From positions 62,001 to 117,626 of the forward strand of contig NW_024704891.1 of the NCBI RefSeq assembly GCF_018977255.1: a stretch of DNA of 55,626 nt. The letters run 5' to 3'. The notes beneath the pieces were generated by a model. It was given only the letters and a program-made list of their open reading frames with translations, searched no databases and was not told the origin of the DNA. Every line of letters starts with the position of its first letter. Position 1 is the first letter of the stretch. This document shows, in pieces, positions 1 through 11,423 of this stretch. Position numbers and translations under genes: made by a program. Source of the stretch: Callorhinchus milii. Lineage: Eukaryota.

Positions 1-3
1 AAC

Positions 4-330
4 GGGCCCAAAATAATTATGCTTTGAAACCTCTCCAATTGTGTACGTGTTGTAGCTGCAATCCACCAGCAGATGGCGCACTAAACAAACACAAATAACA
101 TGAGCTGCAACTCACATAACACGTCACGCTCCTTTCTGTAACTACCTTCCTTTGCAGCAGTAACAGGTGCTTCCTGTTGCAGTTGACATATTTCACTCAT
201 ACACACTATTGCTGCTTCAACAGAAATTTACAAATATTTGCCTAAAGTATTAACATAAGGCCTAGGTTGCTCATGAAACAATTTCTATCTCACCTATTTT
301 ATATTATTGCCTTTATTCTCGATTAGCAGC
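4..330. repeat. Local duplicated block, paralogous to about 4700-4990
   Basis: Colinear similarity, e.g. GGCCCAAAATAAT...TGCAATCCACCAGCAGA(T/A)GGCGCAC...TTTCTGTAACT...CAGTTGACAT..TTCACTCATA...TTGCTGCTTCAAC in both places. Confidence 0.85.
66..79 (+). promoter_or_regulatory. Candidate CTCF site CCAGCAGATGGCGC
   Basis: Matches the CCASYAGRKGGCRS core at 14/14; paralogous copy at 4760-4773 has one mismatch. Motif match only. Confidence 0.5.
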
Positions 331-1099
331 CGCTCTTAAATTGTTTTCTCTGCGGTACAGCAATTCTCTGTTGACATTTGTTACAGTATCGGCTTCTGCC
401 ACACTTTCAGTCAATGCATTCAAGATCAGAACAACTGGCAGTGTGAAAAAAAAATCTGCTCCTCACAGTTTGTTCAGGCAACTACATTAAACGTGAACAT
501 TAAGCTATTTATTACGTTTATTACTGTATAATTATAAAAGATCATTGATATGTCATCCCGCAACTGAAACATTCAAAAGCGACCGAAGTGCTCACTGTGA
601 AATTCAGATTGGATTGTGTTCTGCTGTTCTGGTCTGACACTCTAGAGCAGGCCTGGCTGTCTGGACTGTGGGTGAAGCTTGTCCTACCGAGGAGATATTA
701 AACCCAGGTCCAGGCGTCTTGCATGAAGGGACTTTTGTGTTTCCATTGTAATGCTCGAGAAAGAACAAGTTTTCCACAGGTGTCTGGACAAACTTTCCAT
801 CGGTTAAATTCATCTTTCATTCATAGCTGTTTGTGGGAAAGTGTTGTATACAAATTGGAGGCCAACTTGTTTGAGGAGGTCTGAGGCGTATCGACTAAAT
901 GACAAGGCTTCGTTGGCTAAAAGCATTTCTGAAACACGAATACTAAAAACATTTGTAAGGGCATGTCTCATTCAACATTGTAATAATAACGATAATAAAA
1001 GCAAACGATGCATTTGATACACTGCCATATTAGGTCATTGAGACGTCTTAAAGCTCTTCATAGAATATCCTGAAAAGTGGATTGACTCTTGTTTTATGC

Positions 1100-1450
1100 C
1101 AATTGCGTGTGTGGGAGATTGTGGGGGGTGGCGTGGAAGTGGGGGGTGGCTTTGTGCGTTAGAATGTATTGTGTGGGCCCAACGTGGTAGCCAACTGTTT
1201 AAAACAGTGGCCCACAAAATGTTGTGGATTGAGTGACCTGATTTTGTGGCACTGTGTGTGTTTGTGTGGGGGAGGGGAGGGGGCGGGGCGCTGTGTGGGC
1301 GGAGCTCTGTAAAGCAACGACAGTGATTGGGCGATGCGGCTCAGTGCGGGCGGAGCAGTGACTGAGTGACGCAGCTCTGTGGGCGTGGCAGTGGCCGTGT
1401 GGGCGAGGCTCTGTGTGGGCGAGGATGTAACTGTGTGGCTACTGAGCCCA
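1100..1450. repeat. G/T-rich low-complexity tract (TGTGTGGGCG-like units, G-runs)
   Basis: Repeated (CT)GTGTGGGCG units and a GGGGGAGGGGAGGGGGCGGGG run near 1267-1289. Confidence 0.7.
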
Positions 1451-1847
1451 AAAGCCCCATCAATCCACATTGGGGAGTTAATGTCGGACACGGGATCAGG
1501 TGCTCATGTGGGAGACATGTGCTGTGCTCTTAATCACTCTCAGCTTACTTTGCCGTTAGTAACATTTTTATATATTTTTTTCTTAACATCTTGTTATACC
1601 TTTTACAACAATATAACATTAAAAATCCTTTGATTAGATATTGGGCCTTTCCATATATTCGAGACGATTGTCAGCGTCAGTTTTGATCAAATAATCTAAT
1701 CGATTGAGTGTCCAAATTATTATCTATTTTATTATTGATTTATTAGTGAAGGGCCAATTATCCCTGGAAAAAAGCGATGCCAATCAGGTTTCTGATTCAC
1801 CGTTCCTGCAAGTCGCCGACTTATTATAATCTTTGCCCAGGACTTCT

Positions 1848-2210
1848 GGGTCCAATATCTCAGGGTTTAGAGCACTCGCCTCGCATGCAGGAGATATGAT
1901 TTCGATTCTCGACTGTGCGAAATGTTGGGTAGTTTTCCTTACTCCACTCCTCTATTTACCTCGTAGATTTGTAGGAAAACGCTCAATAGTCGATTGGCGG
2001 ATCGCTTTTATAATTCTTTCAAAAAAAAATGGAGTAAATTGGTTATTCAATCCACGACTCTTTGTGCGATACTGTTGTTCCCAATTGGCTGCCGCGCTTC
2101 TCTCTAAAAGTACACTGTCAATTAATTTTACAGTGTATTCCGTGAAACAATTCGAGAAGTATCCTAGACGTGGTGAGGCGCTTCATCAAGTGCAAGGATT
2201 ATTTTTATTT
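1848..2210 (+). mobile_element. Old tRNA-derived SINE copy
   Basis: Degenerate head (TTAGAGCACTCGCCTCGCATGCAGGAG..TTCGATT), central CAATTGGCTGCCGCG, and L2-like tail GTGAAAC..GCGCTTCATCAAGTGCAAGGATTATT. Confidence 0.75.
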
Positions 2211-2494
2211 CACTCGGCTGAACAAAAACATGTCAGTGATGGAAGAGAACCATTGGAGGAGCGAGATGGCAGAGCAGATGATATGACGCACAATGACAGG
2301 GACACACAGTTTGTACATAACACTAAGACCTGCTCCATCACAGTATAATGTAACATCTGCATGTTGTTTCCTGTTCAGCCCTCCTCACGGTATCTTACAG
2401 CCTCCCTGGAAACATTCTCCAACTGCGCCATCAACGCTCTCTGAACATCCCGTGTCACTAAGTACAAATGACAATGTACATCTATGTGGCAGTC

Positions 2495-2625
2495 GCCATC
2501 ATTACCTGTGCGCAATTGGCTGCCGCGTTCGCCCACAAATATACAGTCAATTCACTTTACAGTGTGTTCTGTGAAGCGCTTTGGGACGTCCTCCCGACGT
2601 GAAAAGCGCTATATCAAATGCAAGA

Positions 2626-2661
<36 letters not shown>
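2495..2661 (+). mobile_element. 5'-truncated young SINE (3' half) with (ATT)n tail
   Basis: Near-identical to the 3' half of the copy at 6251-6574; ends GCTATATCAAATGCAAG(ATT)n. Confidence 0.85.
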
Positions 2662-2769
2662 GTCAGGCAAGCGATCAACTCATTCTCTATATATCCTTCC
2701 CGCACATATTATCCAACGTGTTTGTTATACTGCGTTAAATAATCAGAACGGTACAGGATTCGTGGTGTC

Positions 2770-3028
2770 GTGGAGTCCTGCAGCTCAGTTGTTATAGCAC
2801 TCCGGCTATATGTGAATTTGCGAATGTGAATTTGGATTTTCCAAGTATAATAATTTATTTATAATTAAATCACTAAAGCCACGACTGTGTGTGAATTACT
2901 CCATGATTGCCTGCTGCATTTCGCCCAGAAAATACACTTAAATTGTTTTCTGTGAGGACATTTGAGATGTTTCAAAGGCATTATAAGTCGCTGTATCAAA
3001 TTCAACGACTATTAATATTATTATTATT
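2770..3028 (+). mobile_element. Internally deleted SINE immediately upstream of the first V exon
   Basis: Head GTGGAGTCCTGCAGCTCAGTTG and tail GCTGTATCAAATTCAACGA..(ATT)n. Confidence 0.7.
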
Positions 3029-3060
3029 GCATTCAACTCTGCTGTTTGTATGGTTTCTAG

Positions 3061-3370
3061 GACATTGTGGAGGAGACGCTGTGACACAGCTCCAATCTAC
3101 TGTGAAAGTGAATGAAGGGGAGGATGTTTATCTGCAGTGCAATTATACAGCTACAACCACCAGCGATCCCGACCTGTACTGGTACCGTCACTATCCGAAC
3201 AAAGCTCCAGAATATATCCTTTGGACAGACAAAAGGAACAACCCGCGACATGCAGACTTTGCAAAAGATCGTTTTATAACGCATGTGGATGAAGCGGAGA
3301 GAACCGTCCCATTAAATATATCCCAAGTGACAGTTGCAGACTCCGCGGTGTATTACTGTGCACTGAGACC
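3061..3370 (+). CDS. TCR alpha/delta V exon (V1): GHCGGDAVTQ...LQCNY...LYWYRHYP...DSAVYYCALR
   Basis: TTTCTAG acceptor at 3060, phase 1, open frame, conserved Cys23, Trp41 and YYC. No intact leader exon found (see findings). Confidence 0.93.
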
Positions 3371-3409
3371 CACAGAGGCACAGATCAGCGATTCCGCCCT
3401 ACAAAAACT
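3371..3409 (+). other. 23-RSS of V1
   Basis: CACAGAG + 23 nt + ACAAAAACT. Confidence 0.95.
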
Positions 3410-4699
3410 GCTGAGCGGATTCCTGTGACTGAGTGGTTGGAGAACTCGCTTCGCAAATGAGAGCATCTGGGTTCGATTTCCGGCAGAGAGAAACGTTGGG
3501 CAAGTTTCCTTATTCCACGTACTCCTATTATTTTCACCGAAACAACTTGAATGATCTTGCTTTCTGGGTAGAGGGGCCCCATGCACGTGTACGTTTCTTG
3601 TGTTTCTTAAATACGTAGAAAAACATCCAAAATAACAGGTTGCAATGATATTGTTTACAAAGAAACTATTTCCTCCTTTTACAGAAAAACAGTTTCTTCT
3701 GGTGGGTGGGGAATCCAGAAAAAGTTGGTATCATTTTAGATTTAGAGTCAGGCATGTAAGGAGAGCAATTGTGGTGCATTTGCACTAACCCAAATGGTAA
3801 TGGAAATCCAGAAAATGTTCACCAAAAATAAGTGGATGCCGGATCCATTCTTATTTTCTATGCTTAAGTGGATAGAGATCTGTTATGTCTGGGATGCGAG
3901 CGAGGGCTGGAAATTGCAGTTGATGTATAGATTAGCAATGATGCAATATAATTTGGGTAAATGCACACGTGTCTGAATGGCTTCCTCTTTCTCCTCTAAA
4001 GTGCCTTTGAAGGGGTGTGTCTTTCACTGAGCTTAACAATGTTGGTGCTTGGCCAAGAAACAGGGACAACGGCTGTTGACAGGAGGCACAGTAATAAAGA
4101 AAGTTATTTAGGTTAGTGTGGCCAAGCTGGAGGGATTCAGACATAGACTGGCACAGCTTCAGGGCCCAGTGCTTTTGACAGTGGCAAACCACATGAATCA
4201 TTTCCAGACTGCCCGTAATAAATGCTGTCATATTTCTGTGGTATAGAAAAGCATAGAGATTCAATGCACTGTAATCTCTGTCCAAAACATGATACTGCGA
4301 ATATTCCCCTTGTGCTATTTGGATTACAGATCAATTCAGTTCAGGTTTTGCTGTCATATCAGGTTCAAGGAATGCTTGGAAGCAAAGCATACACTAAACA
4401 CGTATGTGTACTGTTCGGCGAGTCACTAACGAAAGAACATAAATTTTACTATTTACGTTAATGAATAGTAGTCAAGATGAAATGATATTTTATGTCTAGT
4501 GAACAGAGCGCATTGGCATAATCTCCTGAAGTGAACGGAGGAACATGAGTGTAAAGATATAGTGGCTATTTTGTAAAATGCTCCATCACAGCTCAATGCT
4601 AAGTCAAATAATATTAATGACAATATGAGGAACGAGCCGGCAAATGAGAATACGGTATAAACTTCCAGTGGAGGAGATAGCTCCAGGAAAGTTAAGACA

Positions 4700-4990
4700 G
4701 GCCCAAAATAATTTACTATCAAAAGTCTCCAATTTTACCAGTGCTGTAGGTGCAATCCACCAGCAGAAGGCGCACAATACACACATATATCATGAACTGC
4801 AACTGATAAACTTGACACGTAACTTTCTGTAACTAACTTCCTTCGTAGCAATAACAGATGTTTCCTATTACAGTTGACATTCTTCACTCATATACACTTT
4901 TGCTGCTTCAACTGAAATTGACAAAGATTTTTTCTGAAGCACAGCATTAGTTTGCTCAAGAAGCAACTTAAATTTTATGTTTTGTACATT
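4700..4990. repeat. Second copy of the block at 4-330, about 1.3 kb downstream of the V1 RSS
   Basis: Direct colinear similarity to the window start. Confidence 0.85.
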
Positions 4991-5209
4991 AACGTCTTTC
5001 TCCCAGGAAAGCAGCCGCCCTGAACAAGATCTCACTCCTGTAATACATGGGTTAGATTTTGTTAACGGCAATATGGAATTTGTTTTGGTTTAAGTTGGGT
5101 AGGAGATTAAATCTGACCTTGTTTAGTGTAATTTAAGCGTCTTGAGTTGCAGCTCACTTACTTGGATGGAATGCTAAGAAGAAGTGCACACCGATGATAA
5201 TATTAATAA

Positions 5210-5580
5210 AAATCATGATAATAATAATAATAATGATAAAATTACAATAATAATAATACCGGCCTTTGGTATAGCGCCTTTCAATTTGCAGGCGTCAGCA
5301 AAGCTTAGTATCCGTTTTCTAATAAGAAGTGACTTTAGATTGTAGGCCAACACCAGAAGCAATTATCATGCAGTAGTTTCCCCACAAACATTAATAAAGT
5401 GATTGATGGCTTCTCTCTGGGGGTTGTTGACAACACAGCCGTCACATAGTTTTGAGTTGAAATTCAGTCTAGTCTGTGAGCTCAAATTGTCGACGTGGGG
5501 CCTGAACCAACAACACTGTGACTCATATGTGAAAGTATAACCAACAGAGGCAGGTTTTCACCTCAGCCTTGATAACAGAA
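5210..5580 (-). mobile_element. Old Deu-domain-type SINE
   Basis: Minus strand reads GAGTCACAGTGTTGTTGGTTCAGGCCCCAC...TTGAGCTCACAGACTAGACTGA, resembling the recalled DeuSINE head, and ends in AAAGGCGCTATACCAAAGG(ATT)n. Confidence 0.55.
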
Positions 5581-5949
5581 AGGAAATCTTTATTCCTGTA
5601 GTCTACGCTGCATCGATACATGATTCAACATCTAAATCTTTGTGTTGATTGCGTCCGGGCAAGATAATGTCAACTGTCTGCTCCCAGTTTAACATGCCTC
5701 TTCCCTTCGCACATTTTTAGCTAACCAGAAATCTGTTTGCTGTGTTTTTCCCACACATGATTCCACAGTCAATGTTACCAGCCAATACCTACTGACTCCC
5801 AATCTCGGGAAGTTCGAGCTGAACAACAACCGCAATACTCCATTTGAAGAGAGACTTTCACGTCGGAAAGGAGTTCCAGGGCGCTGAACAGTCAGAGTTT
5901 TTGTCCCGAGCTGGGGTCGGGATTGGGGAGTTTTGAGGGCAGGTGGGGT

Positions 5950-6070
5950 AGCAGGGTGATGGAAAGCACGGTCGAAGAGTGGGGTCTTTCTATGGGTCTT
6001 GAAGGAGGCAAGGAAGGGTGCGTGGCGGAGGTACAGTGGGATGGATTTGCAGATTTTTAGGTTAGAGTTG
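5950..6070 (-). mobile_element. L2 LINE ORF2 C-terminal fragment
   Basis: Translates KICKSIPLYLRHAPFLASFKTHRKTPLFDRAF, matching the L2 WNSLP..LR.A.SL..FK..LKT.LF..AF motif. Confidence 0.7.
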
Positions 6071-6250
6071 CAGTTCAAGATAATTACCCAAACCATTAAA
6101 TATCTCAATGGCATTGTCCCATCACACCTTTGTGATATCCTGGAAACCTGCAAATCTGCTCCACATTTTGCTGACAAGACTGTCACCAAATTGAATTGCC
6201 TCGATGGAGACTCACTCTCACCTGCCCCTGCGACCAGACGACAAACAGAG

Positions 6251-6574
6251 GTGGAGTCCTGTAGCTCAGTGGTTAGAGCACTCGCTTTGCAAGCGAGAGA
6301 TCTGAGTTCAATTCCAGGTAGAGGGCGAAACTTTGGGCAAGTTTCCTTACTCCACACAGAGCCTAATAATAATCCCTCCAAAAAACAAAACAATAATAAA
6401 TTGGTAATTTTCAATCTACAACTGTTTGTGGGACATTGCTGTACGCAATTGGCTGCCGCGTTCGCCCCAAAAATATTCAGTCAATTCACTTTACAGTGTG
6501 TTCTGTGAAGCGCTTTGGAACGTCCTCCCGACGTGAAATGCGCTATGTTAAATGCAAGTATTATTATTATTATT
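6251..6574 (+). mobile_element. Full-length young SINE (tRNA-Ala(TGC)-like head, L2-like 3' tail, (ATT)n)
   Basis: Box A TAGCTCAGTGG, anticodon arm CTCGC-TTTGCAA-GCGAG, box B GAGTTCAATTCC, then a unique body and GTGAAGCGCTTTGG...GCTAT.TCAAATGCAAG tail; many near-identical copies in the window. Confidence 0.92.
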
Positions 6575-6618
6575 AAACTGTGAACATTACCTGCCCTCCC
6601 ACATTGACCAGATGATGT

Positions 6619-6626
6619 CGACGTCA
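6619..6626 (+). promoter_or_regulatory. CRE-like element upstream of the V2 leader
   Basis: CGACGTCA about 110 bp before the ATG; CRE/ATF motifs are typical of TCR V promoters. Confidence 0.45.
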
Positions 6627-6737
6627 TTTGTTTAGGAAGTGAGTTCATAGCGATCAATTGTCATCTGAAACAGAGTTGTACATCGCAGATCAACAGCAAT
6701 ATATTACCAGCAAAAGAGTGCAGCTGTGGAGTGAGTG

Positions 6738-7588
6738 ATGGGGACGGAAGTATCCTGTGTGTGTATGGCTCTGTCTGCGATTTTATTAGGTAATCTCGTG
6801 TAACAATAGTAAACTTTCAATCTATTATAATACTCATTTCGTTGTATCGGTTTGTCTTTTCTGCCTCGTTTTACTAATCATAATAATAATAGTTTTCACA
6901 TCTGATATTGGGCTTCAATATGACTTGAAGACGGCTCAAATCGCTTCATAGACTATACTGTAAATAGCAGTGACTTAACGTTTTGTTGGGACAAATGCGG
7001 AAGCCAATTGCGAGTGTTCCCCAAATAATCATGGATTATATGACCCCATTTTAAAGTGTTTTATTTTCTTTTTGACCGGGTTATTATCCGCGGAAAGCCA
7101 TCTGCTAATTGACTAACAATCAGTTTTCTACATACTGTTGGGGAACTAGAGTTGTGTGTGTTAAGGAGACTTACCTAAGGTTGTGCCCTGTCCTGTCCGG
7201 GAATCGAACTCGGGTCCTCTCGTTTGCGAGGCGAGAACTCTAACCACTGAGCTAGAGGACTCCACGTCCTTGTCTTTCAGGCCTGACCCAGGGAGACTCT
7301 GTGACACAGAAGGTGGGTTCAGTGAATGGGAAAGAAGGAGGAAGTGTGACTATGGAATGTCATTATGATACGTCTCTGAGCGACTACTATTTACACTGGT
7401 ATCGGGAACAACAAGAAACACAACCACAGTATGTGCTTAAAACGTATTCCGATGGCAGTGCATATAAAGCAGACTTTGCTAAAAAGCGGTTCTCTGCAGA
7501 GCTCCGAACATCGACAAAATTCAGCAGTTTAACCATCTCCCAGTTGGAGCTGTCTGACAGCGCTGTGTATTACTGTGCTCTCGAACCA
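6738..7588 (+). CDS. TCR alpha/delta V gene V2 (leader 6738-6789, V exon 7281-7588)
   Basis: Leader MGTEVSCVCMALSAILL|G with GTAATC donor; acceptor CTTTCAG; V: LTQGDSVTQ..MECHY..LHWYRE..DSAVYYCALEP; phase-1 splice in frame. Confidence 0.93.
6880..7265 (-). mobile_element. SINE in the V2 leader intron (antisense)
   Basis: Reverse head GTGGAGTCCTCTAGCTCAGTGGTTAGAG ends about 15 bp before the V acceptor; degenerate tail near 6880-6960. Confidence 0.85.
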
Positions 7589-7627
7589 CACAGTGAAGGG
7601 AACCAGTCAGAGACTCGTACAAAAACT
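7589..7627 (+). other. 23-RSS of V2
   Basis: CACAGTG + 23 nt + ACAAAAACT. Confidence 0.97.
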
Positions 7628-7789
7628 ATCAGCGTTTAGTGGGTTTGTGCTTATGTCTCTCTTGGCCGCAGCAGCGATTTCCTGTGGGAAAGGAAACCAG
7701 ACAGAAACACAAAGAGAACATTACATTGACGGCTCATCTGACTGTCACACAAACAACTCAATGATCCCATGAACTCAACTGATTATGCA

Positions 7790-8150
7790 ATAACCGTGGT
7801 TAGAGCATATACCTCGCATGCGAGTGACAGGTGTTCGATTCCCGATAGGGCGAAATGTTGGGCAAGTTTCCTTACTGCACAACCCGCCGTTTAGCGAGCA
7901 GTAGATATGAACCTGACTGGCGGATTGATTTTCCGCCGGTAATAATTCCCTCAAAAGAATACTAATGGTAAACATTTTGGTCAGTCCATCCACGTCAATT
8001 TATGGTGCACTGCTGTGCGGTATCGTCTGCCTCGATTCGCTCACAAAATATAATGTCACTACACTATATGTTAGACGATGTGAAGCCGTTTGAGTCGCCT
8101 GGAAAATGTGATAATGTGCTACATCAAATGGAACGATTATTGTTATATTA
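7790..8150 (+). mobile_element. Old SINE copy
   Basis: GGTTAGAGCATATACCTCGCATGCGAG..GTTCGATTCCC..GGGCAAGTTTCCTTACT head and degenerate tail. Confidence 0.7.
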
Positions 8151-8298
8151 TTTTGATGATCAGTCTACTAGTTATGGCTATGGGCTTCGCTGTTACCAGG
8201 AGCTGAAGGGAGGATTCCCTGCCCCCAGTGACTGGTGAAAACCCCTGTAAAAAAGCAATTGGATACTGTATTGAAACGCGGCTGAGATACCAATGAGG

Positions 8299-8306
8299 TG
8301 ACGTGA
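8299..8306 (+). promoter_or_regulatory. CRE-like element TGACGTGA upstream of the V3 leader
   Basis: 88 bp before the ATG; conserved in the paralogue at 22962-22969. Confidence 0.55.
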
Positions 8307-8393
8307 GACTGTGGCTCCGCCAATGCCGACAATTACTGCGGGTTATCAGCAAACTGATGGCACAGACACAATCATACAGACTGAAGAGCAGCA

Positions 8394-9377
8394 ATGAGGC
8401 TGTTTGCTGTCTGTCTGGTGCTGGGAACCTTCATGTCAGGTGAGGCCCTGTTGAGCTAATTCAGTTTTGGTGATGATGGTCAGCACTTCTTCAGCATCAA
8501 TTTGTGGACGGTAACCTGTAGTTCAGTGGTGAGAGCTCTCGCCTCGCAAACGACAGGACCTGGTCTCGATGCCCGGGCATGGTGAATAGCTAAGATGGTT
8601 TTCTTACTCCATAAGCACACACATGCCTCTGTTTACCCAGCTGTAAGTTGGAGTCCCGTTGCTCCGTAACACGAGGTAATATTCCTTCTAAATATTAATT
8701 CAATTGAAACGTTTTTAATGGTGTGTCTGATCTATTTCCATGGAAAATAATCCATTTTTAAAAATAATTGTTTGGTAGTGTATTACAGGAATGTTATGTT
8801 AGGCAATGCTGTGCTAAATTGGATGTCCTTTTTCGCCCACAAAAATACACAGCATAACTCGAGAACAAATTCCGTGAAGAGCATCCAGACCTCTCAACAA
8901 AGTGATAATGCTTTTTATAAAATACTATGATTATTATTAATTCATGGTTAACAAAGGACGTATGCATAGCGCATTTCTCGAGGGAGGACTTTCAAATGCG
9001 CTCAAAATGTAATTTAAGCAACGAGTGAATAATATAATTTTGTGCTCTTCCATCTTTATTGCAGACCTCTGTGATGGTGATTCCGTCAGTCAGAAAGCTG
9101 CCACGATGGTTAAGAAAGAAGGAGAAATTGAGATTTTAGAATGTACATATTCCACGACTGAAAGTGATTACTATCTCTATTGGTACCGACATTACCCAGA
9201 CAAACAGCCGGAGTTTATAATTTGGAGATTTTCTGGGAATGACAATCAAAATAAAGGAACAGGATTTGGAAATCGTTTCTCGGCTCAGCTACAGACATCC
9301 AATTCATCCACCAGTTTATCCATCTCAGAGCTGGTGGTGTCTGACAGCGCTGTGTATTATTGTGCCTTTCGTCTCAC
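8394..9377 (+). CDS. TCR alpha/delta V gene V3 (leader 8394-8439, V exon 9065-9377)
   Basis: Leader MRLFAVCLVLGTFMS|G with GTGAG donor; V: LCDGDSVSQ..LECTY..LYWYRHYP..DSAVYYCAFRL; open and in frame. Confidence 0.95.
8511..8940 (+). mobile_element. Old SINE in the V3 leader intron
   Basis: CCTGTAGTTCAGTGGTGAGAGCTCTCGCCTCGCAAACGA head; degenerate tail to about 8940; an equivalent copy lies in the V5 intron. Confidence 0.7.
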
Positions 9378-9416
9378 CACAGTGATAGACTGCACTGCAA
9401 GTCTCGTACAAAAACT
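9378..9416 (+). other. 23-RSS of V3
   Basis: CACAGTG + 23 nt + ACAAAAACT. Confidence 0.97.
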
Positions 9417-10383
9417 ACCTTCACTTTGTACGTAGGGATGATCTGTCAGAGGAAACCACAATAACCTCACACCAACTTGTCAGATAAAGTTTTACTTAAT
9501 TATATGTAACAATAAACGGAGAACACAACGAATGCTTGAGTTAGGTATTACACTTCCAGTTACTATTTATTTAATTTGATTTGTAAATGTAGTAAAACAA
9601 ATCATGTTTCTTTTGTTTTACTAATTGAACGGAGCCCTCTGGCGGAGTGGGAATAATCCTCGACTCCCAAACTAGAGGACCCGGGTTCGATCCCGAGCCT
9701 CGTGAAACCATAGGCAAGTTTCATCGCTCATCACACAGGCTTTTGTTTACCGAGGAGTAAACCGATCAATGGGTCGCTTTTCCGAGACGTAATAATCCCT
9801 TCAAATTAATGTTGATCACTCAAACCTTGAATGTTCAGTTGGATAATAAAGATCCCACGGAACGGTTCGAAACAACAAGCGATATCCTGACAGAGCAATG
9901 TCAGTGTCCGGGTTGGTAGTGTTTGTGGCAGTTGCTGAGGTGGGCGGTAGAGACCACCGTTTTAAACCGTGTCTTAAGCGATTATCCCTCCTCCCCTCTC
10001 CATGCTCTCCACCCATGTTTCATCCTAATCTGCAGATCGAGCGCAACATCCTTCACTTTAAAGCGATTTGTGAAAGTCGATGTTTAATGTAGTTCGTTGT
10101 TGTAATTGTTGTCTCAATGAAGCTCTAAATAATGCAAGGATTAGTTTGATTCTTTCTCACCAACACTTTATTCACATCAATATTGTCTTCAACTTGGTGG
10201 AGATAAAGCCACTGAACATATAATTGAGTGTAGCCCAACGCCCATAGTTATTAGCCTGACAACAAGGTCAAGTAAACTTGTCAAGGAAACACTGCTGTGA
10301 GATCACGGATGTGATGCTGAAACTCGTCACCTTTGGTAAACACTTTCTATCGTCAAACTCTGGTGGGAAAGGCTTCTTGCTGA

Positions 10384-11290
10384 ATGGCGACAATGCGACT
10401 GCTCATGGATTACCTTCTCCTGTTGAGCTTTATGTCAGGTGAGGCTATGCAACATACAAAACAGATTGATATTTATACAGAGAGTGTCTCATCTGGAGGA
10501 AGGCTCAAGCTATTTAGCATTCTTGGCTTTGTCTCCCAAAGTGGGTTAGTAGTCAAATTATTAGTTGCGGAAGCATAATATTAATAATAATAATAATAGT
10601 AATAGTCCTTGCATTCGATATAGCGACTTATCCCCTTTTGGAGGTATCTCGAACCACTTGAAAGCATATACTTGACAGCATAGTGATTGCGTATTTCGTG
10701 GGCGAAAAGTGGCATCTTAATTCGCACAGCATTTTCCCCACAGACAGTCGTGTATTGAGTGACCACACTTTATTTAGCCAATAGATTAACAACTGGGTTC
10801 CTACTTACTGCTCGGTAAACAGAGGCGTTTGTATAGATAGGAAACTTCCCAAAGTTTATCCCTGTCCTGCCACGGGAAAAAACCCGAGTCCCATCCCTTT
10901 CGTGGCAATTCACTGTCCACTGGACTACAGGAGTAATATGGAGCCATGTTTCAAGTTGATCCTTTCCTCTCGTTGCAGATGTGGTGCTGGGAGATCCAGT
11001 CAGACAGCAGAGAGCGGGGCTGAGCAAACAAGAGGGAGGCACAGTGAGTTTGAGCTGCTCATATACCACCAGCTCGAACTATGCTGCTCTGTACTGGTAC
11101 AGACATCACCCAGGCCTCGCTCCACAATACATTCTCTACAGACATACCAATGGGGTAGACAACACTGCAGATTACGCCAAAGGCCGCTTCACTTCACATC
11201 TGGACAAGAATCAGGAACAAACCACATTAATCATTCTCAGTGTCATTGTCACTGACTCTGCCACGTACTGTTGTGGCTTAAGATCAGATG
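10384..11290 (+). CDS. TCR alpha/delta V gene V4 (leader 10384-10438, V exon 10979-11290)
   Basis: Leader MATMRLLMDYLLLLSFMS|G with GTGAG donor; V: VVLGDPVRQ..LSCSY..LYWYRHHP..DSATYCCGLRSD; open frame; YCC replaces YYC. Confidence 0.9.
10577..10934 (-). mobile_element. SINE in the V4 leader intron (antisense)
   Basis: (TAA)n-CCTTGCATTCGATATAGCG tail at the left, reverse head ACTCCTGTAGTCCAGTGG at the right. Confidence 0.75.
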
Positions 11291-11329
11291 CACAGTGCTG
11301 CAAGGCAATGACTTCCCTGTACACAAACC
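11291..11329 (+). other. 23-RSS of V4
   Basis: CACAGTG + 23 nt + ACACAAACC. Confidence 0.93.
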
Positions 11330-11423
11330 CAACTAACCTTCAGGCACAATGTTACCCCAAAGAACTCTGCTTTCGTTGTTTTACATATAAACGAAAAGTT
11401 CTTGCAAAGACAATTTCAACCCA

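Noticed and set aside
3610-4450. Protein-coding gene or LTR element in the ORF-containing stretch after V1
   Set aside because: Short ORFs with no recognisable motif, splice structure or terminal repeats.
6251-6330. tRNA-Ala(TGC) gene (and similar heads elsewhere)
   Set aside because: A and B boxes and the anticodon arm are present, but each copy continues into the same SINE body and L2-like tail; these are SINE heads, not tRNA genes.
5689-6508. Long ORFs of 241 aa (-) and 169 aa (+), and the recurring MGKFPYSTQSL / MKMTNLLLF ORFs elsewhere
   Set aside because: They are read-throughs of SINE and L2 fragments and recur wherever the SINE occurs.
9632-9645. CTCF site downstream of V3
   Set aside because: It coincides with a decayed SINE head and has mismatches to the core; the SINE's CAGGCAGAGGGCGA is likewise only a partial match.
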